Assembly: GCA_963770565.1 (NCBI GenBank)
Contig: CAVYQE010000006.1
Location: forward strand, 1 to 64,000
Direction of reading: 5' to 3'
DNA: 64,000 nucleotides
From: an uncultured Actinomycetota bacterium
Lineage (GTDB): Bacteria; Actinomycetota; Actinomycetes; JAFAQI01
The notes under the pieces are model-generated. The model saw only the letters and a program-made list of their open reading frames with translations. It was not told the DNA's origin and searched no databases. Positions 41,807 through 54,760 of the stretch are shown piece after piece (the first letter of the stretch is position 1; each line of letters begins with the position of its first letter). A program made the translations under genes and the position numbers.

Positions 41807-43786
41807 ATGGGGCGGCGGAGCGCGGCACCACGCTCGGCCACGCGGCTTTTCGCCACATTTGCGGCGGCAAGCCTCGTGCCGGTACTCCTGCTCGGCTTCA
41901 TCCTGGCCGACAGCTATCGCCGCGACGCCAACGCGCGCGGGCTGTCCGAGGGTCGCGCTGAGGCCGGGCTGCTCGCCCGGACCGCGGTCGCGCCGCTGCT
42001 CGACGGGCGTGACCTGCGCTCGACGCTGAGCGTGCCGGAAACCGCCGCGCTGCAGCGGATGAGCAGCGCAGCGATCACCGCCGGTCAGATCGTCCGGCTG
42101 CGGCTGCGCGATCTCGACGGGACGGTGGTCTTCGCCACCGACGGTGCCGGGATCCACGATCCCGCGGATGACGAGGCGCTGGACGCCGCAAAGGGCGAAG
42201 TCGTCGCCGAGACGACGCACCTCAACGCCGACAACAACCCGAACGGTCCCCAAGGGATCCGGGTGGCCGAGGTCTACTGGCCGCTGATGGCGGGCTGGCC
42301 CGCGCACCGGGTCGGGGTGCTCGAGGTCTACCTGCCGTACGCCCCGATCGCCCACGACGTCAACGCGCAACTCGATGCGTTGTACCGCGACCTGGGAGTC
42401 GGTCTCGGCGCGCTCTATCTGCTCCTTGCTGCGATCTCATACTCGGCGACCCGACGGCTGCGGGCGCAGGTCGCGCGCAACGCTTACCTGGCCGAGCACG
42501 ACGTGCTCACCGGGCTGCCGAATCGCGAGCTGTTCCACCGGCGGGTCATCGACGCGATCGACGCCGCCGGCGGCGGTGGTGCGGTCGCGGTGGCGGTGAT
42601 CGACCTCGACCGCTTCAAAGAGGTCAACGACACCCTCGGCCACAGCAACGGCGACGCGCTGCTGCGCGAGCTCGGCCGTCGGCTCGGTGACATGGTGCGC
42701 GGCGACGACACGGTGGCCCGGCTCGGCGGGGACGAGTTCGGCGTCGTACTCAGCGGGGTGCACGACCCGGAGCATGTCCGGTTGGTGCTGACCCGGCTGC
42801 TCGAGGTGCTGCAGCGCGAGGTCGAGGTCGGCGGACTGCCGCTGACCGCAGACGCGAGCGTCGGCTTCGCGCTCTCGCCCGACGACGGCACCGACGTGGA
42901 CACGCTGCTCCAGCACGCCGATGTGGCCATGTACGTCGCCAAAGCCGGGCCGAGTCCGGTCGTGCGATACGACCCGGTGCACGACCACTACGACTCGACC
43001 AAGCTCGCGCTGCTCGGCGAGCTTCGCCATGCCATCGCCGGCGAGCAGCTGGTGTTGCACTACCAGCCGAAAGCGTGCCTCGGCACCGGCCGGATCACTG
43101 CAGTCGAGGCGCTGGTGCGCTGGAACCACCCGGAACGCGGGCTGCTCTACCCCGACAGCTTCGTGCCGCTCGCCGAGCAGACCGGCATCATCGAGGCGCT
43201 CACGCGTTGGGTGTTGCGCGACGCGCTCGGCCAACTCGTGACATGGGGCCGCGCGACCGGTGACCTGGCCGTGGCGGTCAACATCTCGGCTCGCAGCATC
43301 TCGCGTGGCGACTTCGCCGAGATGGTGATGACCGAGATCTCGCGAAGCGGGGTGTCGCCCGAGCGGCTGCTGCTCGAGATCACCGAGACAGCGTTGGTCA
43401 GCGATCCGGAGCGCGCCGGTCGAAGCCTGCGCCAGCTTGCCGCCGCCGGCGTACGGGTCAGCCTCGACGACTTCGGCCGGGGTCAGACCTCGCTCGGCTA
43501 TCTTTCGACCCTGCCGCTGCACGAGGTCAAGATCGACAAGAGCTTCGTGCTCGACATGCTGCACGACCGCTCGCATGCAGCGATCGTGCGGTCGGTGATC
43601 GACCTTGCGCACAACCTTGGCTTCGAGGTCGTCGCCGAGGGGGTCGAGACCGAGCAGACGCTGGCCGCGCTGACCGATCTCGGCTGCGACATCGCGCAGG
43701 GATTCCTGCTCGCGCGTCCGATGCCGGCCGCAGCTCTCCCGGCCTGGCTCAATGCGCATCAGCCGACGGTCCTGGTCGAGCCCTAG
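41807..43786 (+). CDS. Membrane GGDEF-EAL diguanylate cyclase/phosphodiesterase
   Basis: Two TMs around a sensor region; RLGGDEF; EALVRW; DDFGRG; KIDKSFV; VAEGVE. Confidence 0.93.
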   Translation: MGRRSAAPRSATRLFATFAAASLVPVLLLGFILADSYRRDANARGLSEGRAEAGLLARTAVAPLLDGRDLRSTLSVPETAALQRMSSAAITAGQIVRLRLRDLDGTVVFATDGAGIHDPADDEALDAAKGEVVAETTHLNADNNPNGPQGIRVAEVYWPLMAGWPAHRVGVLEVYLPYAPIAHDVNAQLDALYRDLGVGLGALYLLLAAISYSATRRLRAQVARNAYLAEHDVLTGLPNRELFHRRVIDAIDAAGGGGAVAVAVIDLDRFKEVNDTLGHSNGDALLRELGRRLGDMVRGDDTVARLGGDEFGVVLSGVHDPEHVRLVLTRLLEVLQREVEVGGLPLTADASVGFALSPDDGTDVDTLLQHADVAMYVAKAGPSPVVRYDPVHDHYDSTKLALLGELRHAIAGEQLVLHYQPKACLGTGRITAVEALVRWNHPERGLLYPDSFVPLAEQTGIIEALTRWVLRDALGQLVTWGRATGDLAVAVNISARSISRGDFAEMVMTEISRSGVSPERLLLEITETALVSDPERAGRSLRQLAAAGVRVSLDDFGRGQTSLGYLSTLPLHEVKIDKSFVLDMLHDRSHAAIVRSVIDLAHNLGFEVVAEGVETEQTLAALTDLGCDIAQGFLLARPMPAAALPAWLNAHQPTVLVEP

Positions 43787-43814
43787 TAGAGCCGCGCTCG
43801 GACATTGCGATCGG

Positions 43815-43953
43815 CCCCACCGATGGGCCACGGGTGTGCCGATACCCCACCGATGGGCCATCAATGGGGCCATAGCCCCACCAATGGGCCATGCGTGGGC
43901 CAATAGCCCCACCGATGGGCCATGCGTGTGGCCGTAGCCCCACCAATGGGCCA
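43815..43953. repeat. Family C tandem array, 5 x CCCCACCRATGGGCCA at 30-31 bp period
   Basis: Units start at 43815, 43845, 43876, 43907 and 43938; lies between convergent genes. Confidence 0.92.
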
Positions 43954-43967
43954 TGCGTGGGGTTGTG

Positions 43968-46214
<2,247 letters not shown>

Positions 46215-46247
46215 CGGGTCACCGTCACCGTCACTGTGCGCGAGGGG

Positions 46248-47808
46248 TCAGCTCGGCAGCCGGAAAGACTCGTCGGGCACCAGTTCGACGACGTCCATCT
46301 GCGCTTTCTGGAGCCGGCCCGAGTAGTCCCAGTTCATCGACTGCCAGCGGGTGAACTGGTCGAGCACCCACACGCCGGACTGCCGCGAGCCGTTGCCGGA
46401 CTTGCCGTTGCCCCCGAACGGAAGGTGCGCCTCGGCGCCCGAGGTCGAGTTGTTGATGCTCACCATGCCGGCGCTGATGCCGCGACGGAACCGGAACGCG
46501 TCGTTGGCATCGGTGGTGTAGATCGACGACGACAGGCCGTAGCCGGGCGCGTTCGCCAGCCGGATCGCCTCGTCAAGATCGCGGTACGTCGTGACCCCGA
46601 CGAGCGGCCCGAACGTCTCGTTGCGGAAGATCTCGTCGGTCTCGCGGACTCCGTCGACGATCGTCGGGTGGTAGTAGACGCCTGCCTCCGGGTCGCCGAC
46701 GAACCCGTCGCGCGGGTTCGCGGCGGTGATCCGGCCGGTGGCGGACGAGCCGAGCACGGTGTGGTGCGGCTGGATCCAGCCGAGGAAGTCGTCGAAGCGC
46801 TCGCCGAACTTCGGGTCGAGCATCGGCCCGAAGACGACCGCTTGGGTGGGGTCGCCGACCGCGGCCTGCTGGGTCAGCTTGTCGAAGCGGGCCAGGAAGT
46901 CGTCGTGGACGCTCTCGTGCGCGATGACCGTGCCGAGCGAGGTGCACCGCTGGCCGGCGGTGCCGAAGCCGGAGAACAGCGCCGCCTCCGCGGCCAGGTC
47001 GAGGTCCGCGCTGGGGGTGACGACCATCGGGTTCTTGCCGCCGAGCTCGAGGCAGGCGGACTGCAGGTGGCGGCCGGTCAGCTCGCCGATCTTCGACCCG
47101 ACCTGGCTAGACCCGGTGAAGCCGACCTTGTCGACGTACCCGGCGTCGAGCGCCTCGGACAGTCCGGCGAAGGTGGCCTCGCCGTCGGCAAGGACCAGGT
47201 TGAGGACTCCGTCGGGGATCCCGCCGCCGCGCACGAACAGCTCGTACAACGCCTCGCCGCAGGCGGGTGAGTAGTCGGCCGGCTTCCAGACCACCGCGTT
47301 GCCGCACAGCAGGGCCGGCACGAGATACCAGGACGGTACGGCGACCGGGAAGTTGCCCGCGGTGATGATCGCGGCGACGCCGACCGGGTTGCGGAAGGTG
47401 AACAGCTGCTTGTCGGGCATCTCGCTCGGGACGGTCTGGCCGTAAAGCCGGCGGCCCTCGCCGAGGAAGAAGTCGCAGGTGTCGACGATCTCGCGCACCT
47501 CGCCGAGGGCTTCGGCGTACGGCTTGCCGATCTCTCGTGTCACCAGCCGGGCGAGCGACTCGGCGTTGGCCTCGACGACGCCGCCCGATGTGGGCGATCG
47601 CCCGGCCGCGGACCGGTGCCGGTACGTCGGCCCAGGCCAGCTGGGCCTCGCGAGCCGCGCGGCAAGCCGCGACGAAGGTGGCGGAGTCGCCGAGCTCGAC
47701 GTCCGCGACCAGGTCGTCGAGCTGGGCCGGGTTGCAGTCGGCCAGCCGGCCGCCGGGCGCGCCGGTGGCGGGCGCGCCACCGATGACCGAGGTGATCGTG
47801 CGAGTCAT
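46248..47808 (-). CDS. Aldehyde dehydrogenase (aminoadipate-semialdehyde/P6C dehydrogenase-like), one extra base at ~47579
   Basis: N-terminus in ORF 47107..47808 (WADVPAPVRG); rest in ORF 46248..47780 (GNFP, FTGS, LELGGKN, GQRCT, ETFGP, PFGG). Confidence 0.88.
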
Positions 47809-47842
47809 GTGGTTGCTCTCTGGGTCTGCAGGGTGGTGTTGC

Positions 47843-49195
47843 TTAGGAGTCTGCTCCTGCGCCGAGCCGGGTGAGCACCCGGTCGAGCGCAGCGATGCCG
47901 ACGCCCAGCTCGTCTTCAGTGACGGACAGGGTCGGGCGGAAGCGGATCGAGCGCTCGCCGCAGGTCAGGGTCACTACTCGCTCGTCCTTCAGCCCCTTGG
48001 CTAGCGCGTCGCGGACGCTTTCGCTCGGCAGGTCGAACGCGCACATCAGGCCACGCCCGCGGACGTTGGACACCAGCGCGGGGTGCCGCTCGCCCAGGTC
48101 GCGAAGCTGGCTCTGGAAGACCTCGCCGACCTTGGCGGCGTGGTCGAACAGGCCGTCGGCTTCGATGATCTCGAGGATCCGGCGCGAGCGGACCATGTCG
48201 ACCAGGCCGCCGCCCCAGGTCGAGTTGATCCGGCCCGACTCGGCGAAGACGTTCTTGGCCACCTCGTCGACCCGCCGCCCGGCCATGATTCCGCCGAGCT
48301 GCACCTTCTTGGCGAACGCGACGATGTCGGGCTCGAGTCCGAGCTGCTGGTAGAGCCACGGCGTGCCGGTGAGCCCGACGCCGGTCTGCACCTCGTCGAG
48401 GATGAACAGCGCGTCGTACGTGTGACACAGCGCCTGCATCGCCTGCAGGAACTCCGCGCGCATGTGGTTGTCGCCGCCCTCGCCCTGGATCGGCTCGGCG
48501 ATGAAGCAGGCGATGTCGTGCGGGTGCGCCTCGAAGGCGGCCTTCGCCTGCGCGAGCGCGTGTGCCTCGGCGGCCTCGATCTCGGCCAGGTGGTCCGCGA
48601 TCGGGAAGGTGGCCGCCGGGGTGTCGATCCGCGGCCAGTCGAACTTGGGGAACCGGTCGGTCTTGTTCGGGTCGGTGTTGGTCAGCGAGAGGGTGTACCC
48701 GGAGCGGCCGTGGAAGGCCTTGGTCAGGTGCATGACCTTCGTACCGAGGTCGCGGGAGCGACCGGCCGCCTCGTTGCGCTGGCTCTTCCAGTCGAAGGCG
48801 GCCTTCAGCGCGTTCTCGACCGCGAGCGCGCCGCCCTCGACGAAGAACAGGTGCGGGAGCGCGGGATCGCCGAGGACCCGCGCGAAGGTCACGACGAACT
48901 CGGCGAGATGCGTGCTGTAGATGTCGGGGTTGGCCGGCTTGCTCGCTGCGACCCCGCCGAGCAGGGCCATGAACTCGGGGTCGTCGGCAAGGCCGGGCGG
49001 GTTCGCACCGAGCGGCGAGGAGGCGAAGTAGGTGTAGAGGTCGAGATGCTCGCTGCCGTCGCGGGCGTCGACGAGCCAGCTGCCATGGCTGCGCTCGACG
49101 TCGAGCACGAGCTCGAGGCCGTCGGTGAGCAGATGATCGGCAAGGCGGGCGTGCACCTGGTCCGCGGGCACGTTAACGCCCTGACGTGCTGGCAT
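47843..49195 (-). CDS. lat: L-lysine 6-transaminase
   Basis: FFVEGGALAVENALKAAFDWK, FHGRSGYTLSLTNT, EPIQGEGGD, DEVQTG, RINSTWGG; ATG 49195 after AAGGAGG. Confidence 0.93.
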   Translation of the reverse strand: MPARQGVNVPADQVHARLADHLLTDGLELVLDVERSHGSWLVDARDGSEHLDLYTYFASSPLGANPPGLADDPEFMALLGGVAASKPANPDIYSTHLAEFVVTFARVLGDPALPHLFFVEGGALAVENALKAAFDWKSQRNEAAGRSRDLGTKVMHLTKAFHGRSGYTLSLTNTDPNKTDRFPKFDWPRIDTPAATFPIADHLAEIEAAEAHALAQAKAAFEAHPHDIACFIAEPIQGEGGDNHMRAEFLQAMQALCHTYDALFILDEVQTGVGLTGTPWLYQQLGLEPDIVAFAKKVQLGGIMAGRRVDEVAKNVFAESGRINSTWGGGLVDMVRSRRILEIIEADGLFDHAAKVGEVFQSQLRDLGERHPALVSNVRGRGLMCAFDLPSESVRDALAKGLKDERVVTLTCGERSIRFRPTLSVTEDELGVGIAALDRVLTRLGAGADS

Positions 49196-49308
49196 GACGC
49201 CTCCTTGGGTCATTGAGGGATCTCTTTGCTCCGACCCTCCAGTATGCCGAAGAACATTCGGTGCGTCACGGCAATATCAGGACGATCTTTACTCGATCGG
49301 ACCCCTCC

Positions 49309-49393
49309 CAAAGCAATGTCACATTGCCCAGGGGTTTTGTGGGGTAATGCCACATTCCCCCATGGTTTGTCCATGCAATGTGACATTGCCTGG
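49309..49393. repeat. Family B repeat, complete three-unit copy
   Basis: GCAATGTCACATTGC (49313), GTAATGCCACATTCC (49344), GCAATGTGACATTGC (49375); 31-bp period. Confidence 0.9.
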
Positions 49394-49429
49394 TACGGGC
49401 GGGTGCGGGGTGGGTGGGTATGGGTGCAG

Positions 49430-50128
49430 CTAGCAGCCTGGGACGTCGGGGATCGTCAGGACCAGGCCCGGGCCGGCGGCCTGCAGGACGAGGCCGGCCG
49501 GGGTCGCGGTGACCGAGGTCAGGCCGAGTGAGGTGAGCAGCGACGGCAGCCGCACCCGCCGCTGCGCAAGGGACTGACCGGTCCGGGCCGCGGTCCGTTC
49601 GGCCTGCGCCCAGGGGACCTGCTTGCCGGCCAGCATCACCCGCACCGGGGTGACGACGACCGTGTCGCCCTCGAGCGCGACGTCGGCGTACACCGTCGAG
49701 CCCTGCGTGTCGTCGGCCTTGTCGGTCGAGGTGAACAGCAACTGGCCGTCGGCCTCCGAGGCCGAGACGTCCTTGCCGGCCGCGGCGCCGATCGTGCTGA
49801 ACGGTACGACGACGTCCACCTGGCCGTGCCCGGCGTCCAACCGGCTGTGCCCGACCTCGCGGACGTCGTACAGGTCGGCGTTGAGGTTGACCGGGCCGCC
49901 GGGCTGGCGCAGGCCCTGGCTGTGAATCGTGATGTGGCGGTAGCGGTTGCGGACGATCTGCGGGATGAGCAGCGGACCCCCGATCCCGACCGAGCTGTGT
50001 ATCGCGTCGAGCCTGCAGTTCGTCTGCCGGCCCAGCCGGTGTTCGGCGGCCGCCCGCAGGCCCTGATCGCCGACCGCGACGAGCGCGACCACGACGGCCG
50101 ACCCGATCGCCATCCGCCGCACCAGCAC
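49430..50128 (-). CDS. LmeA/DUF2993-like membrane-anchored protein
   Basis: N-terminal TM followed by D...R.AAE, VGIGGPLLIPQ and C-terminal LTSVTATPAGLVL. Confidence 0.65.
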   Translation of the reverse strand: MLVRRMAIGSAVVVALVAVGDQGLRAAAEHRLGRQTNCRLDAIHSSVGIGGPLLIPQIVRNRYRHITIHSQGLRQPGGPVNLNADLYDVREVGHSRLDAGHGQVDVVVPFSTIGAAAGKDVSASEADGQLLFTSTDKADDTQGSTVYADVALEGDTVVVTPVRVMLAGKQVPWAQAERTAARTGQSLAQRRVRLPSLLTSLGLTSVTATPAGLVLQAAGPGLVLTIPDVPGC

Positions 50129-50269
50129 GCCCTGCTCCTCAGCCGAGACCCTGCCCCCAGGCTCTCAGATTGCCGCCCGCGCGGGGCGCGATCACGATTC
50201 GGCGACGATTTGGCGCCCATCGTCGCGAAGGCCGACGGCGGTCGACCAGAGTTCGGGTGAGGAGGCCAG

Positions 50270-53200
50270 GTGCGACAGTCGAGGCTGTGGGCGTGGGGCT
50301 CATTCGGGCTGGCCGGGCTATGGCACCGCCGGGGAATCGCAGTCATGGTCCTCGTCACGACCATGCTTGCCGCCGGTGCCGCTGACGGCGCCTTCATCTA
50401 CCGCGCCGCAGCGGCGACGTCGGGACTGCGGGCCCGGCTGGTCGCAGCTACGCCGCAGGACTCGGGTGTCGTGGTGGGTGCCGGCGGGACGCCGCGCGAC
50501 GACCCGGCCGGCGCGCTGAGTGCGCTCGTGCGGAACCTTCCGTCTGCGTCGCAACGGATCGTTGGTACGTCGATCCAGGCCTACCTCAAACGACCCGGGA
50601 AGGTCGACGCCCCGGTCGCGCTGCTGACCAGTACGAACCTGTGCGCACAGGTGCACATCGTGGCCGGAGCCTGCCCGACCACCGGGCTCGAGATCGCACT
50701 GCCGGCAACGGTCGCGAGCAGCCTCGGCTGGTCGGTCGGCCGCACCGTGACCATCGGCCAGTGGGAACGCGAGCCGAACGGGCCCCTCGACACCAACATT
50801 CTCGGCGTGTCGATCTTCCACTCGCAGCGCCCGGTGCCGCCGGAGCTCCGGCCCCTGCACCTGACGCTGGTCGGCACCTATCAAGTGCCGGATCCGGCGG
50901 CGGCGTACTGGATGGGGAGCCCTCCGGTCACCACGTTCGGGGCGACGCAGGCACTGTCCACCACCCTCATCGCGACGCCGGCCGACTTCGCCGCGATCCC
51001 GCACTTCACCGTCGCGCAGGTCTTTGTCGCTCAGCCGCTGAAGGCGTCCACGATCGTGACCAGCGAGGTGCCGGCGCTGCGTGCAGCGATTGCGACGATG
51101 TCCGCGATCGACCCGACCGGCCACGTGAGCGTGACCACGGCACTTCCGCAGCTGCTCACCCTTGACGCGGCCGATCAGACCGCGCTGGGTCAGGTGACCC
51201 TGGTGTCGGTCGCCCAACTGCTCGCGCTGCTCGCGTTGGTTCTGGTCGTCGTCTTGTGGGTTTCGTCGGCGGCCCGGCGGACCGAGATGATGGCGGCCAG
51301 CCTTCGGGGCCGGCGCCTGATCGGGGTGGCGGGCGAGGTTGCGATCGAGCCCGCCCTGCTCGTCCTGGCCGGGTCGGTGGCCGGGGCCGCCCTGGCGCCG
51401 GTCGGCGTGCGAATCGCGGTCGGGCGCTGGCTGCGCGGCGGGACCCCGGTGCCGTCACTGCCGCACGACGGCGAGCTCGGGGTCCTCGCGGTGGCCGCGG
51501 GCGGCGTCGTCGCGGCCGCGGTGATCGCGTTGATCGCGACCCGGCGCACGTCGATCCTGCAGGCCGCGACCGAGCCGAGGAGCGCCGCCGCGTGGTGGGA
51601 GATCGCGGTTTTCACGGTCGCATTGGGCGGGTTGGTCGAGCTCCTGACCGCGGGCGGGATCCGGTCGCACACCACCCCGTGGGCCCTGGTGTCGCCGTCG
51701 ATCTGCGGCCTCGCGGTCGCCCTGCTGCTCGCCCGTGGCCTGCCGCCCCTGCTCGGCCCGATCGTGAAACGCACCCGGCGGACGAGCTGGCTCTCGCTCT
51801 ACCTGCTGGTCCGCGAGCTACGGCGTGACATCGTCGCCTGGCGGGTCACCGCGGTGGTCGCGATGTCGGTCAGCCTGCTCGCGTTCGCGGTGGCGATTGA
51901 TCGGGGCGCGGTGAACGATCGACAGGACCGCGCCGGCCTGATCGTCGGCGCGGACCGGGTCGTGACGGTCGAGGTCCCGTCGCTGAAAGCGCTGCCGGGC
52001 ATCGTGAATCGGCTCGATCCCGACGGTCGCTGGGCGATGGCGGCGGTCCAGGTGAACCCGCTCGGGTCACCGGACGAGCGCACCCTCGCGGTCGACGCGC
52101 GCCGGTTGCCGGCGGTCGCGGGCTGGTCCCGCCGGGTGGCCGGGATGACACCGGCTCAGCTGGCGAAGGTGCTCGAGGCAACTCAGCCCGCGCCGTACCA
52201 GTTCACCGGCGCCGCCCTGCGCCGGCCGATCATCGACGGCGCCCGCGACAAGGTCCCGATTTCGTTGACCTTGCGGTTCGCGCTGCCCAGCGGCACGCGC
52301 CGGATCGTGCAGGGCCCGGCTCTCGAGCGCGGCCGGCACCTGTACTCGTGGCCGACCCCCGGCTGTACAACCGGCGGCAGTTGTCGGCTGCTGTCGATCA
52401 GCGTCGCCAAGCCGCCCCGCCGTGAGCACCTCGACATCACGATCGACGGGCTCGGCGCCGGTCCCTGGGTCGCCAACAACGTCGGGGCGCATCACAGCAG
52501 CGCCGGCTGGCAGCTCGCCGCCGGGCACTACCGCTCGCTGCTCGGGACCGAGTCGCTGATCCGGGCCGAGGCGCCGCGCGCGATCCCCGCGATCCTCTCG
52601 CCCGGGCAGCCGCTCGTCGTCGGCGTCGACTCCGAGCAGCCGCGGGTGAAGGTCGTGGCAAAGGCAGCCGCGCTGCCGAGGCTGCTCAACGACGGCTCGC
52701 TCGTCGACTTGTCGTACCTGCTTCTTGCCGACACCGGCGCCGACCCCGGTACGACGCAGATCCAGCCGCAAGTGTGGTTGGGGGATGGCGCACCGGCCGA
52801 TGCCGTCGCGCGGCTCGAAGCGATGCACGTGTCGGTCACATCGGTCCACACTCGCGCCGCCGAGGTCGCGCAGCTCAATGACCTGGATCCGGCGCTGGGG
52901 CTCGATGCCTATCTCGCGGTGTCGGCGCTCGCCGTGCTGCTCTCGCTGGCATTGTTGTGCGGTCAGGGCGCGGTCGCTGCCCGCCGTCGCCGCAGCGAGT
53001 ACGTCGCATTGGCGACTGCAGGCGTCTCGCGGTTCTCGCTCGGGTGCGGCTGGTTCGCGGCCGCGGTCGTCCGGCTCGGCTTCTGCGTCGGCGCCGGCGC
53101 GACGGCCGGTCTGTTCGTGGCAAGACTCGCGGCATCCGGTGTGCCGCTGGCCGCGCGCGGCTCGGTGCCTGCGCCGATTCTCGTCGTACAGATCCTGCCG

Positions 53201-53314
53201 GCCGTGGTCGCAGCAATCGCCACCCTGCTGCCGTTGGTGGTAGCTGAGGCCTTCAGCGTGCGTTGGTCGATCCGCACGGTCGGGCTCCGGCGAGCGAGGG
53301 AGACCGCGGCATGA
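50270..53314 (+). CDS. FtsX-like ABC transporter permease (two-module)
   Basis: 1014 aa with two large extracellular loops and two TM clusters (RRTEM, RRSEY motifs); followed by two ATPases. Confidence 0.8.
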   Translation: MRQSRLWAWGSFGLAGLWHRRGIAVMVLVTTMLAAGAADGAFIYRAAAATSGLRARLVAATPQDSGVVVGAGGTPRDDPAGALSALVRNLPSASQRIVGTSIQAYLKRPGKVDAPVALLTSTNLCAQVHIVAGACPTTGLEIALPATVASSLGWSVGRTVTIGQWEREPNGPLDTNILGVSIFHSQRPVPPELRPLHLTLVGTYQVPDPAAAYWMGSPPVTTFGATQALSTTLIATPADFAAIPHFTVAQVFVAQPLKASTIVTSEVPALRAAIATMSAIDPTGHVSVTTALPQLLTLDAADQTALGQVTLVSVAQLLALLALVLVVVLWVSSAARRTEMMAASLRGRRLIGVAGEVAIEPALLVLAGSVAGAALAPVGVRIAVGRWLRGGTPVPSLPHDGELGVLAVAAGGVVAAAVIALIATRRTSILQAATEPRSAAAWWEIAVFTVALGGLVELLTAGGIRSHTTPWALVSPSICGLAVALLLARGLPPLLGPIVKRTRRTSWLSLYLLVRELRRDIVAWRVTAVVAMSVSLLAFAVAIDRGAVNDRQDRAGLIVGADRVVTVEVPSLKALPGIVNRLDPDGRWAMAAVQVNPLGSPDERTLAVDARRLPAVAGWSRRVAGMTPAQLAKVLEATQPAPYQFTGAALRRPIIDGARDKVPISLTLRFALPSGTRRIVQGPALERGRHLYSWPTPGCTTGGSCRLLSISVAKPPRREHLDITIDGLGAGPWVANNVGAHHSSAGWQLAAGHYRSLLGTESLIRAEAPRAIPAILSPGQPLVVGVDSEQPRVKVVAKAAALPRLLNDGSLVDLSYLLLADTGADPGTTQIQPQVWLGDGAPADAVARLEAMHVSVTSVHTRAAEVAQLNDLDPALGLDAYLAVSALAVLLSLALLCGQGAVAARRRRSEYVALATAGVSRFSLGCGWFAAAVVRLGFCVGAGATAGLFVARLAASGVPLAARGSVPAPILVVQILPAVVAAIATLLPLVVAEAFSVRWSIRTVGLRRARETAA

Positions 53315-54132
53315 GCGGGGTGCGGGGGGCGGAGGTCTGGCTGCGTGAGGTGACCCATCTCTACCAGCGCCAGGGCGAGCAGGTGGTCGCGCTGCGGGAC
53401 GTCTACCTGCATGTCGAGTCGGGCGAGTCGGTCGCACTGCTCGGGCCTTCGGGCTCGGGGAAGTCGACGTTGTTGAGCTTGCTGTCCGGCTTGCAGACTC
53501 CGACCACGGGCGAGGTCGCCATCGATGGGCGGACCCTGAGCTCGCGCGAGTCACGTGGCGGCCGCCGGATCCGTCGCGACACGGTCGGTTTGCTGGTCCA
53601 GGATCCGACCACGGTGTTGCCGCCGTTCGCGACGCCGCAGCAACTACTGCGGTTGGCGGGCGACCGCAACCCGGAGCTGACCTTGGCCCGGTACGGCATG
53701 CGACCGAAGGCGCAGCAACCTCTCGGCACGATGTCGGCCGGTGAGCAGCAGCGAATCGCGCTGGCGGTCACGATGGCCCGCCGGCCCGCGCTGCTGTTGG
53801 CCGACGAGCCGACCAGCCGGCTCGACGCCGAAGCGAAGGCGGTCGTGGTCGCCGCGCTGCACGAGACGACCAGGGAAACCGGTACGACGGTGATCGCGGT
53901 CACCCACGACCGCGCAGTGGCGGAGACGTTCCCGCGGACCGTCACGATGCTCAACGGCCGGGTCGGAACGGACGGTTCGGCGTTCGACGCCTACGCCATC
54001 GTCGGGCCGGACGGAACGCTGCCCCTGACTCCGGACGCGCTGGCGCTGCTGCCACCCGGGAGCCGGGTGCGGATCATCGCCGACGCGCCGCACGTGCGAC
54101 TGAGCCGCTCGGACGAGGAGGACGGGTCGTGA
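53311..54132 (+). CDS. ABC transporter ATP-binding protein
   Basis: GPSGSGKS, MSAGEQQR, LLADEPT, VTHD. Confidence 0.93.
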   Translation: MSGVRGAEVWLREVTHLYQRQGEQVVALRDVYLHVESGESVALLGPSGSGKSTLLSLLSGLQTPTTGEVAIDGRTLSSRESRGGRRIRRDTVGLLVQDPTTVLPPFATPQQLLRLAGDRNPELTLARYGMRPKAQQPLGTMSAGEQQRIALAVTMARRPALLLADEPTSRLDAEAKAVVVAALHETTRETGTTVIAVTHDRAVAETFPRTVTMLNGRVGTDGSAFDAYAIVGPDGTLPLTPDALALLPPGSRVRIIADAPHVRLSRSDEEDGS

Positions 54133-54743
54133 CGCTGCGACTGGAGGGCTTCGGCGTACGGGTCGGGGATCGACAGCTGCTCGATCCGCTCGACCTCACC
54201 TTGGACGACGGTCTCCTGCTCGCGATCGTCGGCGCGAGCGGCTCGGGCAAGACCAGCGTGCTGGCGGCGTTGGCCGGCCTTTCGCACCCGGCGCACGGTG
54301 TCGCGCTGGTCGACGACGAGCCGGTCGATGAGATCGACCGTCGGCGGATCGGCGTGGTCACGCAGCCGGTCGTGCTCGCCGCGACGTTGACGGTCGAGGA
54401 GAACATCAGCCTTCCGCTGCAGGCCTCCGGGCGATCCGCCGAGGACATCGACACCAAGACCGTCGAGGTGCTGGCCCAGCTTCGGCTCGACCGGCTCGCC
54501 GACCGCTTGCCGGCGCAGCTCTCCGGCGGTCAGCGGCAGCGGGTCGCGACCGCTCGCGCGGTGATCGGCCGGCCCCGGCTGCTGGTCGCCGACGAGCCGA
54601 CCAGCGAGCTCGACGAAGCGTCACGCGACCGGGTCATGGATGTGCTTCGGGTCGCCGCCGGCTTCGGCGCGGCCGTCGTAATCGCGACGCACGACGCCGC
54701 GATCGCTGAAGCCTGCGACCGCCGGCTGGTTCTCACCGGCTGA
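54129..54743 (+). CDS. ABC transporter ATP-binding protein
   Basis: GASGSGKT, LSGGQRQR, VADEPT, ATHD. Confidence 0.93.
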   Translation: MTLRLEGFGVRVGDRQLLDPLDLTLDDGLLLAIVGASGSGKTSVLAALAGLSHPAHGVALVDDEPVDEIDRRRIGVVTQPVVLAATLTVEENISLPLQASGRSAEDIDTKTVEVLAQLRLDRLADRLPAQLSGGQRQRVATARAVIGRPRLLVADEPTSELDEASRDRVMDVLRVAAGFGAAVVIATHDAAIAEACDRRLVLTG

Positions 54744-54760
54744 GTCGTCTGCGGGTCCGG

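Noticed and set aside
40445-43786. 1113-aa N-terminally extended GGDEF-EAL protein
   Set aside because: The upstream part is an off-frame reading over alaA; the real protein most likely starts at 41807.
43815-43953. CRISPR array
   Set aside because: Repeats are only 16 nt, spacers are 14-15 nt and similar to each other, and there is no leader or cas gene in the window.
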